Shown: positions 42,303-64,000, numbered from the stretch's first letter. The stretch is DNA of 64,000 nt from Bugula neritina (GCA_964035545.1 OZ037772.1:7486889-7550888), one strand, 5' to 3'. Numbers and translations are program-made. Notes: generated by a model from the letters alone, not told the origin.

Positions 42303-45300
42303 TCACAGTCGCTTGTACAATCCGTTGCATCTGAAAAACAGAAAATATTTCTGTTGTCAGTTAGTATGCTAAAGTCTACATCGTTACACATGGCAGCTTG
42401 CAAGGGTAGAACAGATGTAGTAGAATATCTCTGTAGTTTACCAGTGAAAGAGGAGTTGGTATTAGCAAAAAGTGACACAGGCCGCACAGCCCTTCATTAT
42501 TCTCCAAATCAGAAAATTGCTCAACTACTACTAGAGTCAATTTCACTTGACAAAAGAAGAGATTTTATATTATCAGTTGCTGATAGTCAACTCACAGCAT
42601 TACATGTAGCTGCTAGCAACGGTAGAACAGAAGTGGTGGAATATTTTTGTAGTTTACCAGCAGAAGATGAACTCCTGTTAGCAATAGATCAGGATGGCTG
42701 CACAGCCCTTCATTATTCCTCAAATCAGAAAATAGCCCAACTGCTTGTAGAGTCGCTGAAATCGGAAAAACAGAGATACTTTGTATATATGGTAAACAAT
42801 AATAAATCTACTGCTCTGCATGTAGCTGCTACCGAGGGTAAGGCTGATGTAGTAGAGTATCTCTGTAGTTTATATCCAAACAATGATGAGTGGATACTAA
42901 AGAAAGATAATAATGGTAATACTGCATTGCATGTTTCTGCAAATAGAGAAATTGTAAAAACACTTTTGGGATCTGTCAAAAAAGAGCTGAAATCAAGTCT
43001 GTTTTTGGCTAGAAACAACTTCCAACAAACAGCACTGCACACCGCTTCAATTTCCAACAAAACTGATGTACTAGAATGTCTTTGTAAATTTGAAAATATT
43101 GGTGAGTTACTTCTCATAAAAGATTGGACTAGCAGAACTGCCTTATACTACATTTACAGCAGATATGCAGCTGAAATTTTGGTTAATTCAGCAACAGAAG
43201 ACGTAAGGTCTAAGTTATTATCAGCTGTTGACAGAGATGGACAAACAGTATTGCACAGAGCTGCTAAATTCAGTCGAACTGATGTAATAGAATATTTCTG
43301 CAGTTTATTTAGTGACGATGAGGTGATGCTCAAAAAAGACATGTTTGGTAAAACAGCTTTACACTATGCAAAGAATAAGCAAGTTGCTAAAAATCTTCTC
43401 ACATGTGTCACTTCAATAAACCAGAAAGACTTTATATTGTCTTCTGACAAATTAGGATCAACAGCATTGCATACAGCTGTAGCCACTAGTCAAACCTCTG
43501 ATCTGGTGAAATACTTTTGTCAATTAAGCTTGGCTGATGATCAATTGTTTCTGCATAAAGACATACACGGAAAATCAGTTTTGCATTGTGCTATTAATAG
43601 CAACGTTGCAAAAATGCTCATAGAGTCAGTTGCACCGAAGAAGCAAAAGAGCTTCCTTTTTTCTCTTGATATAAATCAGCGCACAGCATTGCACTATGCT
43701 GCTATATGGTTTCGAACAGATGTTGTCAAGTTCTTCTGCAGTTTACCCTTGGTTGATGATGAATTTATATTTTTTAAAGACAAAATTGGGCAAACAGCTT
43801 TACATTATGCTCAAAACAAAGAGTCAGCAGAAGCTATTGTAGAATCAGTTACATCATCAAGACAGAGATATCTTCTCTTTTCACAAAATGGAAACAAATG
43901 GACAGCATTGCATTCTGCAGCCTTAAATCCATTTGGAGCAGATGTAACAGAGTATCTTTGCAAAATATCAGTAGGAAATTATGAGCTGATATCCGCTCAA
44001 AATTCGTATGGTCAAACAGCATTGCATATTGCTTGGAGCGCAAATGCAGTGAGATCCATTCTCTTTTCTCTACAAACTGAACAGTTACCTTTTCTGCTCA
44101 TGAGTGAGGATAATGCAGGAAACACACCTCTTCTTTCATTAACACTTTTAGGAAATTATAATCCCTTAGAACAAATCCTGGAGCATATTGAAGATCAGTG
44201 TGGATCAGAAGTAATGCCATCATGCTTACAGAAACAAAACAAACTCAAACAAAACATTTTACATCTTGCAGCTTTGTCGCCACGCCTTGACAAAATATAT
44301 GATGTTTTGATGAAATATTTACACAATGAGGATATAGTGAGCATGATGTATCCTGATGTACGTGGTAACACACCAATTCATTATGTTGCTGCCAAATACA
44401 ACATCAGAGTGTTTGCTGACTTTATGCTACACCTTACTTTGCCAATGAGACATTTTGTGGTAAATCATTCAAATAAGCTGCAAACAACATGCTTGTCAAT
44501 AATTGCTAGATCATCTTTTGATACAAAATATTATGTTGACAACATTCTTGGGCCACCTACAAGCAAAACAGCATTATCAGCTCCTGAGATAGCACCATTG
44601 GTTTTTGCTTCATCAATTTCTAGCATTTTGTACAGAATGTTTCCATATTCATACAATCAAAATGTGTTCAAAGTATTAAGCCATGCTCTTAATCAATACC
44701 CAATATCAGACAGTTGTTTGATTACATCGCTTGATCTGAACAATGAAACAGGAAAAAGTTTGCTGGAAAAAGAAAAAGTATGTGATTTCCTTTGGTTTTT
44801 CTTTCAGTTTCATTTAATACCACCATGACTAAATTGTTTTGTGAAAACAACTCTCACGTTTTGTTTTATTCCTATCTTCAAACTAAACTGGAATGCTTGA
44901 AATTTTACGTGATGTATTCAAAATTTTAAAGTTGAAAGTTGAGCAAAACACTATTACTTTACATTGCCTTTTTTATTTATAAATGTTAGAGATCTAAAAT
45001 AATTATACTGTATTTGTATTAGGAATCGAATAAAGGTCAGGACTACTTGTTAATGATCGTTAACACAGTTGATGCTGAAGGGCCAATACAAGATACTGTG
45101 CAGAACAAACTCAATGGTATGGACACCCTTGAGTATCATGGCAAACCAAAGGTATAACCACTTTGTTATATGTGACTGCAAAAAGATAATACATTTTTGT
45201 TGTTTAATTTGATAGTATAAAACTGAAATGTACAACTGACTGATCGAATTTATGTTAAGTTGTCATTGTGATCAAATTAAAAGTTGCAAAACTCCTTTTT

Positions 45301-48300
45301 AAGGATCTGCACCGTATTTTTATAAATAGTTCACCATAGTAAACTGACTGGTCAAAAACTTAAGAGTGTGCAGTGAAAAAACGCTAAACTTCAGAGCAAA
45401 CTGACTTTTAGTTAACTTCACTTTCAACTTTAAGTTTACAATAAAAACATTTTTATTTCCATCAAAATACTTTATTACTCATCATCACCACAGAATAAAT
45501 GTTCATTGAAGTATAACACCATTTTTGTATTATAATTATTTACATATATTAGTGGTTTTATGGATGAATGAGTCCTAAATCTGAGTTAGGCCCACTATAC
45601 ATTTCAGCTACAATGCAATTGCTTTGCTGCAAACATTGTATTTGTATTTGAAGGATGCATATTGTTGTAAATTGCAAAGGTGCTGTTGAAGCTAAATTCT
45701 AGAAGATTTTGTTCAGCTGGCACTGTTTCATTTATAGATAGCAGTGATACAGAGTTCTGTACCAGAACCAGATCTGAATCTAATACCACCAGATCCTGAC
45801 TACCTGATCCTCACTGTGAAGTATCATACAGACAGTTATGAGAGGTAAGTTTATAAATATAACATTCCGATTTTTTTGTTTTGAGTATACATTTATATTA
45901 TTTATACAAAGTAGTTTATATTATGTGATTTCTTTGTATGTATCTTTCACAAACACCTAACAGAAATCCAGCAATAGACATGTCAAAATACAAAGAGACT
46001 AGCCATCTGATTACCGAGCTGAGCTGCGGTCCTGATGTACAGAGAGTGAGTGTAAACTCAACTCTGAACAAGAGATACACCAGAGATGATGAGGAGAGAG
46101 AAACAGATGATGACGAAGACAATTATGACTCAATAGAAAATGGAAAGAAAGTTGAGCTTAAAGAAAAAAAGTCTAAAGTACTAATTATTTGCAATCAATT
46201 TGAAATCAAATATGGAATGAATCAGCAAAACTTACAGACAACCAAGTTTCGAAGAAACACATTAAAGAAAGCACACGCAGTATTCAAAGAATTTTGGAAT
46301 TTCGAGGTAATTACTTTTTAATGATATTATTAATGTATGGTGTAATATTTGTAGATTATTCACGTTACATTAGCATCATGTGAATACTTTTGCTAATTTA
46401 TGTACATACATTAAAACTTAAACTCTCAAATTCAATATTTTACGGCTTAAATGTATTATTTTAGTGCATAGAGTGGTTACTTTTGACCTAAATATAGAGT
46501 CAAGTTACAACTTTTATTTGTCAATGGTAAATATTATAGATCCTGCGAGTGATTTTGTTTAATCATGTACCTAATTAACACACAAACTATCTGGTAAAAA
46601 GATGTTTCTGAACAAACTAACTTGGTTTTATCAGGTAGAAGTCAAGTATGATCTCTCTGCAGAAGAAATGCTAAGTTCTATATCTGAGTTCTCCAGATCA
46701 GAAGGACATGGTTCAATGGCTGCTTTGACTATCCTATCTCATGGATATCAGAGAAACATAATGGGAGCTGATAACCAATCACTGTGTTCTGTACAGGAAG
46801 TAGTTGATTCATTCAACACAGGAAATGTTCAGAATATAAAAAAGGTTTATACATTGTGGTATTACCTAAACAGTGAATTGTGGCATCAAAGCATTTTAAA
46901 CGCATGAGTTGCTTTATTTTTGGTATCTAATAATGAATTTTGTTTAAGACTAAATCACAATTTATATTAGACTTATAATTTTTGTTTTTAAACTTGTCTA
47001 AGTAATATCCAAATGTTTATGTTACACTTTTATTGCTTATATTGTAGCTATTATTTCTGTCTTACTGCCGCGGAAGTATTCTCCCTCAGTACAACAGAAC
47101 TCCACACAGCTTTGAATCAAGTTCTGATTTCCCATGGCCAGAAAATGAGGTGTCAGTAATGTATCAACCTGTAAGGAAGGGTTTTAATGAGACTTTAAGA
47201 AGGCAGGAATGGAGCAGACAACCAACATTCCAACCATTAGATGTTCCTGTAGATTGCTATATTTTGTTTTCTACTTTACCAGACAGCAAGTATGTATAAT
47301 TTGAACTGGGCACGAGTATCAACTAATCATATTGAATTTCAATATTTTAGTTATACCGTAGAGCTTCTAGACATGTAACTAGAGCAATGCTTCAGCAAAG
47401 CTATTCAATTCACCATTCTGAACCTAAAATTTCAAGTGACTTCAAACAAAGTGCTCAACATAACATTGAGTGCACGGTGTCTTTCATTTAGGTTTCTTAA
47501 AATTCACAAAAAAAACGTCAATTTAAGTAAATAAAATATCGCAGATCATTGCCCATATAGTATTCCTATAGTAGGCTTTATAGCAAAGGTTACATAAATT
47601 CTCAGTAACATTTCTGTAATGCACTCTGCACAAATCTTCCATGCAGGTCGAAGCCAGGACTGATGTTCAAATGTCTGTCAGAACATCTGAGAGATCTGAC
47701 CAGTGATTACAGAAGTAAACTATTGACACCTGCTACCAGCTCTTCTGATGACATCACAAAACAAACAGACAGACAGATGTTAACAGATGATTCTGTGTTA
47801 TCAGACGAAAGAAAAGACAAGCCGGTAATGAGAGTAAACCTACTTGACTTACTCACAGATGTAGCTGGAATAATGAGAGATACGTCCAGATCTACACAAT
47901 ATGCTAACTTATGTTATACTGTTGATAGAAACAGTCAACAGATTTTTATTGACATATTTAAGCCCAACTCTGAGTCTGAATAGCATTCTTACACAAGTCA
48001 AACTTACATATTCTGTCTCCTAGTAACACTTTTTTGAGATATATGAAAGTGATAGTATATATGTGATAGTGACGCTGATTAACTGATAGTGGTACCCATA
48101 TATAAGTTGGAGTGATACTCTAACAATCAACTAATAGTAATGGTTCTTTCTATATATTAACACTCTCTGTGTTAATATAGTGACAGTCTTTGAGTCCCAG
48201 AGACACATTCATTACAGGACTTTAATATCGTGCGTCATTGATATGCATACAATATAACCTATAGTAAAACTAGTTTAGAATATATATTACTATGTTATAT

Positions 48301-49489
48301 TATTACCATACTTAGCTTTACATAAGTTCTTTGCTGAATTATTATGTAATAAATGTCCAGATTTTTTTTAATTTGCTGCAGTGCTTATAATTTTCTACCA
48401 TTCTCCTCTAAATACGTTTGTACTTTTTCATATGCGATGTTCTTATATATATCATATGAAATTATTAAAACAGTATTACTCTATCATTTATAGTCACCTC
48501 ATTATGCCTCCTCTTTATTAAAACTAATATTTTCTAAGAACAACTCCCGATACCCTGTACAGCTACTGAATATATATACCGACAGAGGCTTTTCTTAGTT
48601 AATTATATATGTTTATGTACCTTATACGTTTATTCATCTTTTTTATTTTCAAAATGTGTTTATAAATTTCATAATGACTTGGCTTGCTAATTACCATGAT
48701 TATCTTATTGAAATCCATGACTTTGTGCTTACTATAGGCAACCCCTAGACCACGGCGCTCCTTATAGTAAGAAAATATAAACATAACTAATAATAACATT
48801 CAAATGTTTCCTTAGTTTCATGCCCTTGCATTATAGGGTTCAGTGTAGACAACTCTCAACTGTAATATACTAGTTTATGATAATATCTCCACATAAATTC
48901 TGTCATTTAATGCCTTGTGAAGGCAACTCCAAGCTAGAAGAAACCAGGTCTACTATTTTGCATCTCTTATTGTAAAACAGTAAAAGTGACAGCGTAAGTC
49001 ACAGTATAACTTTTCATACGTACACATCTGTATCCAGTATGTGCAGCTGGGTTTTTTTGAGTGAAGTTTATAAAGTCTACAGTTATTCATTAAATTAAGT
49101 AATTAGATTTGATATTTTCTAAGTAAGCATAATAGAAGAGGAAGAAACGATGTTGGTCAACAACCCTCATACTGAAGTTGATCTTAGGTAGCTCAGAATA
49201 TGATTTTTATCGTACGGTGTGAGCTGCAACAATGTTTTACATCATAAAGTATATAATCTCATCTCATCTAGCGTTACAACAGATTCGACTAGTAAACATG
49301 AAGTCAGGGTTTGAGCTGAACAAAGACCGTTGGTGATGCTAAAAAAATTTAAAATACGTCTTTAGTAGGCTTTAACAAAAACACTTTCCATTGGGGATTT
49401 CTTACAGGGATAGCGACTATAAACTTGCGTGAGTTTTTTCATTTTATTCAAATAGCTATAGTCATAGATCTACATACATTTATGCATGT

Positions 49490-50995
49490 AACAAATCATG
49501 TTTACCTTCCATTTATTCATAGCAAATGCTTTGTTGTGGCTCATTTATTACTGTGCATGTTGATTATTTCAAACATTTAAACCAAGCTTCTTATACTGTG
49601 TGAAGCAAGTTTTAAGTCAACAGAGGAATTAATTCAGCTAATGGAATCAATATATTTTATCTGATTCCACACAGCATAAGTAAACCGAGGACTTTATTTA
49701 ACCACTGAATTCAAATTAAACCTTTAGCTGGTTTATTGTTGTGTGAAAGCAGATAATGTAGACAAGCAATACACTTTTTACATGTGATTTAAAAGATAAG
49801 CTGAATGAATATGTATTGATTACCAACACTGTGTTTAGTCACCTTAAACTTAATCAATGTTATTAATACAATGCAAACAATCATCAACAAAACCAATGAT
49901 GGTGTTGAGTTTTACATTTCATAGATAGTTATTTAACCAGAATATTCAGTATTAGTGTGAAGACGGCCATGCATGGCTGAAAGGTAGAGGACATCTCCAT
50001 ATCCATATAGTTAACTCTGCAGAGTTAGGGGCACTATATATGGTAAGTACAGGAGTGTGTAGGTTGTCTATGTTTGCATGTGTATAAATGTATACAATAT
50101 ATAAAAAGTAATTTAATGCATAATTTGTTTTGGGTTACTGTAAACTGTAGTCCGGCTGTCAACTCGCCTAAAGTTCTGTATTTATTAAATATTATTAATA
50201 CGTCTTCCCCTTTGATCTCACCCTCATTTTAAGGAATTGTATTTGATATCTCACCTAATTTATCTGTTTCTCTACATATTTTCTGTTAGTGAGTAATATA
50301 AATATGATGGAATTAAATAGACAAACCAACTTACACAAACACAGACAAACAGCAAACCTCAAAAGTGTTGTACGTTCAATACCATGGGTGACACGGCCAA
50401 TGCTTCATAAACACGATCATTATAACTCCTTTCAGTGGGCTACTATTTGTTACACACATTATACTCAACTATAAGAATATTCAATATTATTAGGAAATAT
50501 ATATTGCTAATAATCTTTTTTGTGATATTTAATGCTGCCCTGTTCTCCCTTCTAGTTTGTAGCAATGAGTAACCAACTCAGATACTGTATATGTGCTGAG
50601 TTGTAGTATGCCGTATCTATTTTGATACACTGACTTGAAGCTAAACCGTATTTATATTCTATTAACAAAAATATCTTTCGTTTTTAAAAATTGCTTAGTG
50701 TTGAGTTTATAACCAGTGACTCCTGTACTGTAATGGTAGCGCACCTGTTTGCAAATTAGAGGTGTTAGATTTGCATCTCAGTGGAGCCAAAAGTTATGTA
50801 TATTTATCTAGTTTCAAGCCATCACTTTTTCTTCTGACCATAGTTTTTATTTGATTGGTCCAAATTCTTGGCAGTGCTTAGCAACATGTAAATAATTTTG
50901 TTGTGCAATGCAAAATGAAAAATTGCAAAATAAAAACACCGATGTTAAACAAATTCTATTGTTTCACTGCTATAGTAACTAGAAAGTAAACAAAG
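49490..50995 (+). repeat. Older intergenic duplication (partner ~52360-55710, interrupted by a LINE and microsatellites)
   Basis: Colinear diverged blocks, e.g. catgtttaccttccatt at ~49497 and ~52364, and aaaaacaccgatgttaaacaaattcta at ~50932 and ~55649. Confidence 0.75.
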
Positions 50996-51021
50996 GTACC
51001 AAAATAAAAGCATAACAGTAA

Positions 51022-51365
51022 ACCTAGGGCCACACTGTGCGTATTTTCGCATGCGAAAATTGAAACCACAGCTAGCAAAGGTGTCAACTGTAGCGTCAGT
51101 GATGCGTGATAAATAGAGCTTTCATTTTTAAATCGCACTCGTGTTTAATAAATCGCAATTTACTAGAATATAGCACTAAAATAAAAGAATTGGGCTTGCT
51201 AAATAACTACCAGCCAATTAGGTGATGACCACAGAGACGATTCGCACTTGCGTTGAGAATGCTGAGCGACAAGTGCGAATGTTTTCTCAACGCATACAGT
51301 GGACAGCTTTGCTACTCGTGGTTTAAATATTTGCATGCAAAAATACGCACCCTGTGGCCTTAGGC
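51022..51365. mobile_element. MITE family A, copy 3
   Basis: Same TIRs and interior as 22497-22840. Confidence 0.85.
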
Positions 51366-52654
51366 TTATTCAGATTAAAGATTTTCATTTTAATGCTGCA
51401 TGAATCTTTTGAATTACAATTGCAGCATTGAATGTAATTGTATATATCCAGGTTTCAACTTTACATCAATTAGCTTCACATCAATAGATATATTTTTGCA
51501 GCTGAAAAATGACATTGCAGGTCCCATTTAATCTTGGCTGATATTTTATTCAGTATATGCCCATTGAATAATAAAGCCAATTTTTTTAAAAAGTTTTTGG
51601 GCTGTTCAAATTGAAAAATTCATCAAAACAAGTGTCTCAACTATTGAATTATATTTGAAACTATGCAAATATTGAACTGGTATATTACAATAAGAAAGCA
51701 GAGTATGTAGACACATCCAACATGTTTTAATAAATATGGCATGGATCTAAAATTATCATGGAGATCAAACTATGGACCTTGTGTTTACTAAGTGTGTGCT
51801 CTAACCACTATGCCATGGATGCTTCCAACATTCAACATTCAAAATACCCTACTTTTTATTTGTACAATGCCTCCCTTACATGTAATCTCATATAGGTAGC
51901 ATGATATATCACTTGTCTAGATTTATACTGAACTATTTACATCCCATGAAGTACCCACATTGATAATACACAGAGTCCAGGATCCTTGGTAGGTGTATGT
52001 CTTGTGCTGCCACAGCTTGTTATTTTATCATATAAGGACATTTACAGCTCATACCTGTTGAGTAGGTAAATTAGGGTGGTTTATATACATGTATGTAAAT
52101 ATTGTTATAAATAAGGGAATGAGCACTAGTTTGTGATCAATGTGGTAGGTAAGTAGGCATAGTAGAAAAAGTGAAGGAACAGTGTCTGCTCCATAAACAA
52201 CCGATATATTGAATTTGATCTTAGGTAGGTCAGAATATGGGTTTTGCTGTAATAATATGCTGTGTGTGTGTTGCAACAATGCACTGCAGCATAATGTATA
52301 TATATATATATATATATATATGATATTTTAAGGTGATGGTATTTGTATACAGTTAATAACTCTCATGTTTACCTTCCATTCATTTCTAGCCAGTGCTTTG
52401 TTGTGGCTCATTTATTACTGTGGGTGTTGTGATTATTTCAAACATTTAAATCAAGTTTCTATTGTGTGAGACAAGTAGCCCAGCAACAGAATTTATACAG
52501 CTATTGGTATCAATACGTTTTATATTATTACACATGCTTAAGTAAACAGAAGAATGTATATATTATATAACTACTGGATTCAATCAGACCTTTGAGCTAG
52601 TTTATTGTTCTGCAAAAGCAGAGCATGTAGACCGGTAAACATACAAAAAACACA

Positions 52655-53750
52655 TTGCTAGGTCCCACCTTGTTCCTAATATATATCAACGATCTTTGCG
52701 AAACCTTAAAATATGTAACACCAATTTTATATGCGGACGATACTAACTTATTTCTAAAATCAAAAAATTTAAACAATGAATATGATAAAATCTCTTCTGA
52801 TCTTAAAAGACTGTGTGAATGGTGCCAGATAAATAAGCTAACAATTAATTATGAAAAAACATCTTACATTATTTTTAAGAATTATCAAAATAAGTTCCAA
52901 TTTAATTTAAAATTAACAATAAACGACAAACCAATAACAGCAGTTGACGAAGTAAAATTTTTAGGTGTGATAATTGATAGAAATTTAAACTGGTCATCCC
53001 ACATTCAGAAAATATTATTAAATCTTCGACCGATTTCGGGACTTTTTTATCGTTTAAATGCATTCGCTCCTAAAAAAATTTTGATCATGTTATACTATTC
53101 ACTTATACATTCCAGGCTGTGCTACTCTATAGAATCCTGGGGAAATGCATCCAGGGTCCATCTTGATAAAGTGATAAAATTTCAAAAGAAAATTGTCCGA
53201 ATAATTCACCGCAAGCCTTTTGGATACCATTCTAAAGACCTGTTTAGGAAATCAGACATTTTACCAGTTGACAAGTTGTACAAGTACAAACTGCTGATTA
53301 AAGCTCATAAAATCTTCTATTCAGAAAGCTTTTTGACACACTCTCACTATACTACTCGTCATCAGTTGCAATCTCTTCCTGTTCCATTTTATTCCTCATT
53401 TGCTGGTCAACGCACCTCAAATTTTGTAATATCTGCACTGTGGAATAAGTTGCCTAAATCTTTAAAGATTACACAGCCACTTGGTAAATTTAAAGTGGAA
53501 TTGAGGCATCACCTCCACTCTATTGAGTGATCTGTGGTGCCTTGTATGGTAATGCCAACATTGGGCCCGCGTACCACTAGCCATGCTATTTCGCACTGGG
53601 CCTCATCATCATTTCCGACAGCTTATTTTGATATACTGTTATTTGTTACTATGTTTCTTTTCTAATTGCTTGTTCTGCTCTTGTAAATTATCCTAGTTGT
53701 AAAACACTATGTTATGATGAAAATAAAACACACACACACACACACACACA
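52655..53750 (+). mobile_element. 5'-truncated LINE (CR1/L2-like): RT C-terminal half, 3' UTR and (CA)n tail
   Basis: Open frame 52655-53530 with LGPTLFLIYINDL, LYADDT and KFLGVIID; ends in AATAAA plus (CA)n. Absent from the paralogous block near 49770. Confidence 0.9.
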
Positions 53751-54965
53751 ATATACTTGTTAAATATTATTTTGAGTATAAGCTGAAAGAATAAATGAAT
53801 ATACATTAGTTACCTATAGTCACTTTACACTTCATAATATATTACTAATGCAGTGCAAACAATCATCAACAAATCCAGTGGTGCTGCTCATTTTTTTCAT
53901 TTTCTAGAATGTTATTAAAACAGAATGTTCAGTATTAGTGTGAAGACTGCCATGCATGGTTGAAAAGTAGAGGATATCTCCATATATATAGCCTATAGTT
54001 AAATTTTTGTTATGTTACTAATACAGTGTAAAGAATTATCAACAAATCTAATAACAATGTTATTTTTTTGCATTTTACAGAGAGCTATTTAAACAGAATA
54101 TTCAGTGTTAGTGTGAAGACGGTCATGTATGTATGAAAGGTAGAGGACATCTTCATATGCATATAGCTAAATCTGCACTTTATGTGGTAAGTATAGGAGT
54201 GTATTGTTTGTCTATGTTTGTGTATAAATGTATACAGCATATAAATTAGTTATATAATATATGTATAAACTGCTTTAAGTTACTGTAGACTGTAAACTGT
54301 CTAGTCTGACTGTCAACTCACTTAAAGTTATGTATTTATTAAATAATAATCACAGCTCTTCTTACTAGATTCCACCCTTATTTGAGGGAACTATTTTTTC
54401 ACTTCCTAATTAGTTCATATGCATCCCTTCATCTTCTATCTACTAGTTCCCAAGATAAATATGATGGAATCTAATAGACACACATAGTTTACATACACAA
54501 ACAAACAGAAACGTCCAACCTTACAAGATTTTTACATTCAATGCCATGGGTGACATGTCCAATGCTTCATAAACACACTAATAATAACTCCTTTCAGAGA
54601 GCTACTACTTGTAACACACATTATACTAAACTTTTATACAATTATCAAATATCATTAGAAAATATATTGCTGGTACACCTGTCACCTGCTTGTGATCTTT
54701 ATTGCTGCGCTTCTGTGTCTTCCAGTTTGTAGCAACCAGTAAACAACTCAAATACTATATACATGTGTTGAGTTGTAGCGTAGCCATATACTCATGCAAG
54801 ACAATTTTTAATGAAATATCACATTTATATTCTATCAACAAAAATATCTTTAGTTGTTAAAACTTCCTTAGTTTTGAGTTTACCCACTGTTCCCTGTAGT
54901 GTAATGGCAGTGTACCTGCTTGAAAGTTGGAGTTCTTTGGTTTAAATCTCAGTGAGGGGCAAAAG

Positions 54966-54966
<1 letters not shown>

Positions 54967-55034
<68 letters not shown>
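54967..55034. repeat. (TA)n microsatellite
   Basis: Direct inspection. Confidence 0.95.
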
Positions 55035-55037
<3 letters not shown>

Positions 55038-55877
55038 CAATCTGTGGACAGCAGCTGTTTCGGGGTTTGTTTCCTCATCAGCGCAGAACAGAGTACCATG
55101 ACCCACACCTTTGCAATAGTAGAAACTATATATATATATATATATACATATATATTCAGATTTCAACTTTTTATCGACAAACCTTCCATGCGTAGGTATA
55201 TTTTGCAGCTGAAAAGTGACATTGTAGCTTTTATTTAATTTTGGCCACTATTTTATTCTGTATATGTGCATTGAATAACAAAAGAATTTGTTTAACTAAT
55301 GGAATCAATAAATTTTATTTTATTCCACAGGCATAAGTAAACAGAGGAGTTTATTTACCTACTGAACTCAATGCGTATATAGTTTTGGGTTGCTGTAAAC
55401 TGTATAGTCCGGCTGTCAACTTAAATTAAAGTTAAGTATTCAGTAAAAATCAATCCTATACTTCTCACTAGATTTCATCTAGTCTTGGATTTGAACCTCA
55501 GTGGAGGCAAAAATTATATATATCTAGTTTAAACTTATCACTTTTTATTCTAACCATAGTTCTAATTCGATTGCTAAAAGTTATTGGCAGTGCTTATAGC
55601 CACATGTAAATAATTTTGTTGTGCAATGCAAAATGGAAAATGAAAAGTAAAAACACCGATGTTAAACAAATTCTAATGTATCACTGCTATAGTGTGTAGA
55701 AAGTGAACAAAGATGCCCTGGGAAAAGCATTTTAGTTTTAGTAACTCAGAGTAAATCTCTTCATTTCAATGCCGGATCTTTCAAATTACAATTGAAGTAT
55801 TGAATGTACATGTATATATTCAGGTTTCAACTTCAGATCAATGAGCTTCAGATACATGTATAGGTATATTTTTGCAG

Positions 55878-55935
<58 letters not shown>

Positions 55936-56101
55936 TGGCAAAACTGTGTGTTTATTAAAAGCTAGCTTGGCATGAATAGTTGAAAACAAAATTTTTTACT
56001 ACCCAGTATTTTGACATAAACTAACAAAAAGCATAAAATAAACCTTCTCACTTTATCACTTTTTCAAGATTATGGAATGTGCATGTTTGCTAGTATCATA
56101 T

Positions 56102-56782
56102 ACTTTTTTTGTTTTTTTTGTTTGTTTTTATTTTGTCATAGTCGAAAAAAAATTAATTGAGAAAAAAATAAACAAAATGACAGGGCCTATGGTGCAATAG
56201 CGCTGTAGCTAGTCGAGGCACCGAGCCATGAATGGTTGACAGTTATATAAAATTTTTGTTTAGGTTTTTGGAAGTTTTAGCAACTTAAAAGGTATTATTT
56301 TCTTATCTGGAAACTTGCCATTAGATGGTCTCTCAGGGCAAGTTTGAAACCAGCCTCCCTCCCCACAGCACGAATAGAACTAGGCAATTTATTCCATAGC
56401 GACGAACATTGGAATTCTACTCTTCGTGACCTGCAGCAGTTGATGATGGAGGAGTTTGTAGGCTGAACTCTGAAAAACTTGTAGGATAGTTATGTGTGAG
56501 ATGTTTTAGTTGAGAATAGTAAAGTTTATGTGAGAGCAGTATTAGTTTGAATTTGTGTAGAGTGTGAATAGGCATGATTGAAGAACTAAGAAACAGTGGT
56601 TTAGATCGGGAAAGGTGATGCTTTTTATATATAATTCTCAGTATTTTCTTTTGCAGTAAATGTAGTGGTTCAAGATAAATGTTTGCTGCATTACCCCACG
56701 ATTCTAGGCAATATGTTAATTTAGAATTTACAAAAGAGTTTTATATTTGTATTATCAAAATCATATGAGTTTTCAAGTTGAA
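56102..56782 (-). mobile_element. Duplicate of the LINE fragment at 40720-41400
   Basis: Near-identical sequence inside the 55933-57684 duplication. Confidence 0.8.
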
Positions 56783-57207
56783 ACAATAATTTGTGGAACC
56801 ACATTACATCTGGAATAGACAAACTTTGACATTATAGCGCAGGGCACTTGTTTATTACTTCTTTCAAGAAATATGCACCATGCATTCAATCTAGTGTTAT
56901 ATTTTTTTCAAACTTTACGAGTTTTAAATTCATAAAGCAAAATGTTAAACTGCACTACATATATTGAGAAACAGAATTTTGCATAAAGATGGAAATTTGT
57001 TATGAAAAATGCATTTCCTAATAATATGCATACATGTAGTAACCTACACCTGTTTTTGTTGCAAATTGCTAGTATCATACTATAATTTTTATTTTTAATA
57101 CCTATACAAGCAAGATAATCTATCAACTTAAAAATAATTGTTCTCAAGTCTTTCAAATACCACAGCAGTTACTTTTACAGGGAAATGTGGAAGTAATAAG
57201 GTAGGAA

Positions 57208-64000
<6,793 letters not shown>

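Overview
AT-rich, intron-containing genomic DNA from an invertebrate animal; the species cannot be determined from the sequence. Left part (1-13 kb): a 15+ exon minus-strand gene for a secreted Cys-rich repeat protein (GCC2/GCC3 or Ephrin_rec_like type) sits head-to-head with a 3-exon PIH1D1-like gene. Middle (8.7-22 kb): three solo LTRs and a decayed Gypsy element with a 4-bp TSD, a tRNA-Leu PBS, no recognisable integrase and an extra C2H2 zinc-finger ORF. Right part (23.9-64 kb), the main result: a tandem array of three paralogous genes that the ORF track shows only as ankyrin ORFs. Splicing them by hand (GT-AG, consistent phases) gives [one giant exon of 10-18 tandem 72-aa double-ankyrin units] + [degenerate, catalytically dead caspase-like module, GKPK-IAVIQSS] + [acidic linker] + [caspase domain with intact His-Cys dyad, SHG...SYCRG, but a remodelled Asp-binding pocket]. 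Repeat number differs between paralogues, variation clusters at predicted ankyrin binding-face positions, and the paralogues are sequence mosaics of each other. This pattern suggests a diversifying sensor-protease (immune-like) receptor family. MITEs, LINE fragments, microsatellites and local duplications fill the gaps. All gene models and alignments were made by eye; function and novelty are inferences.
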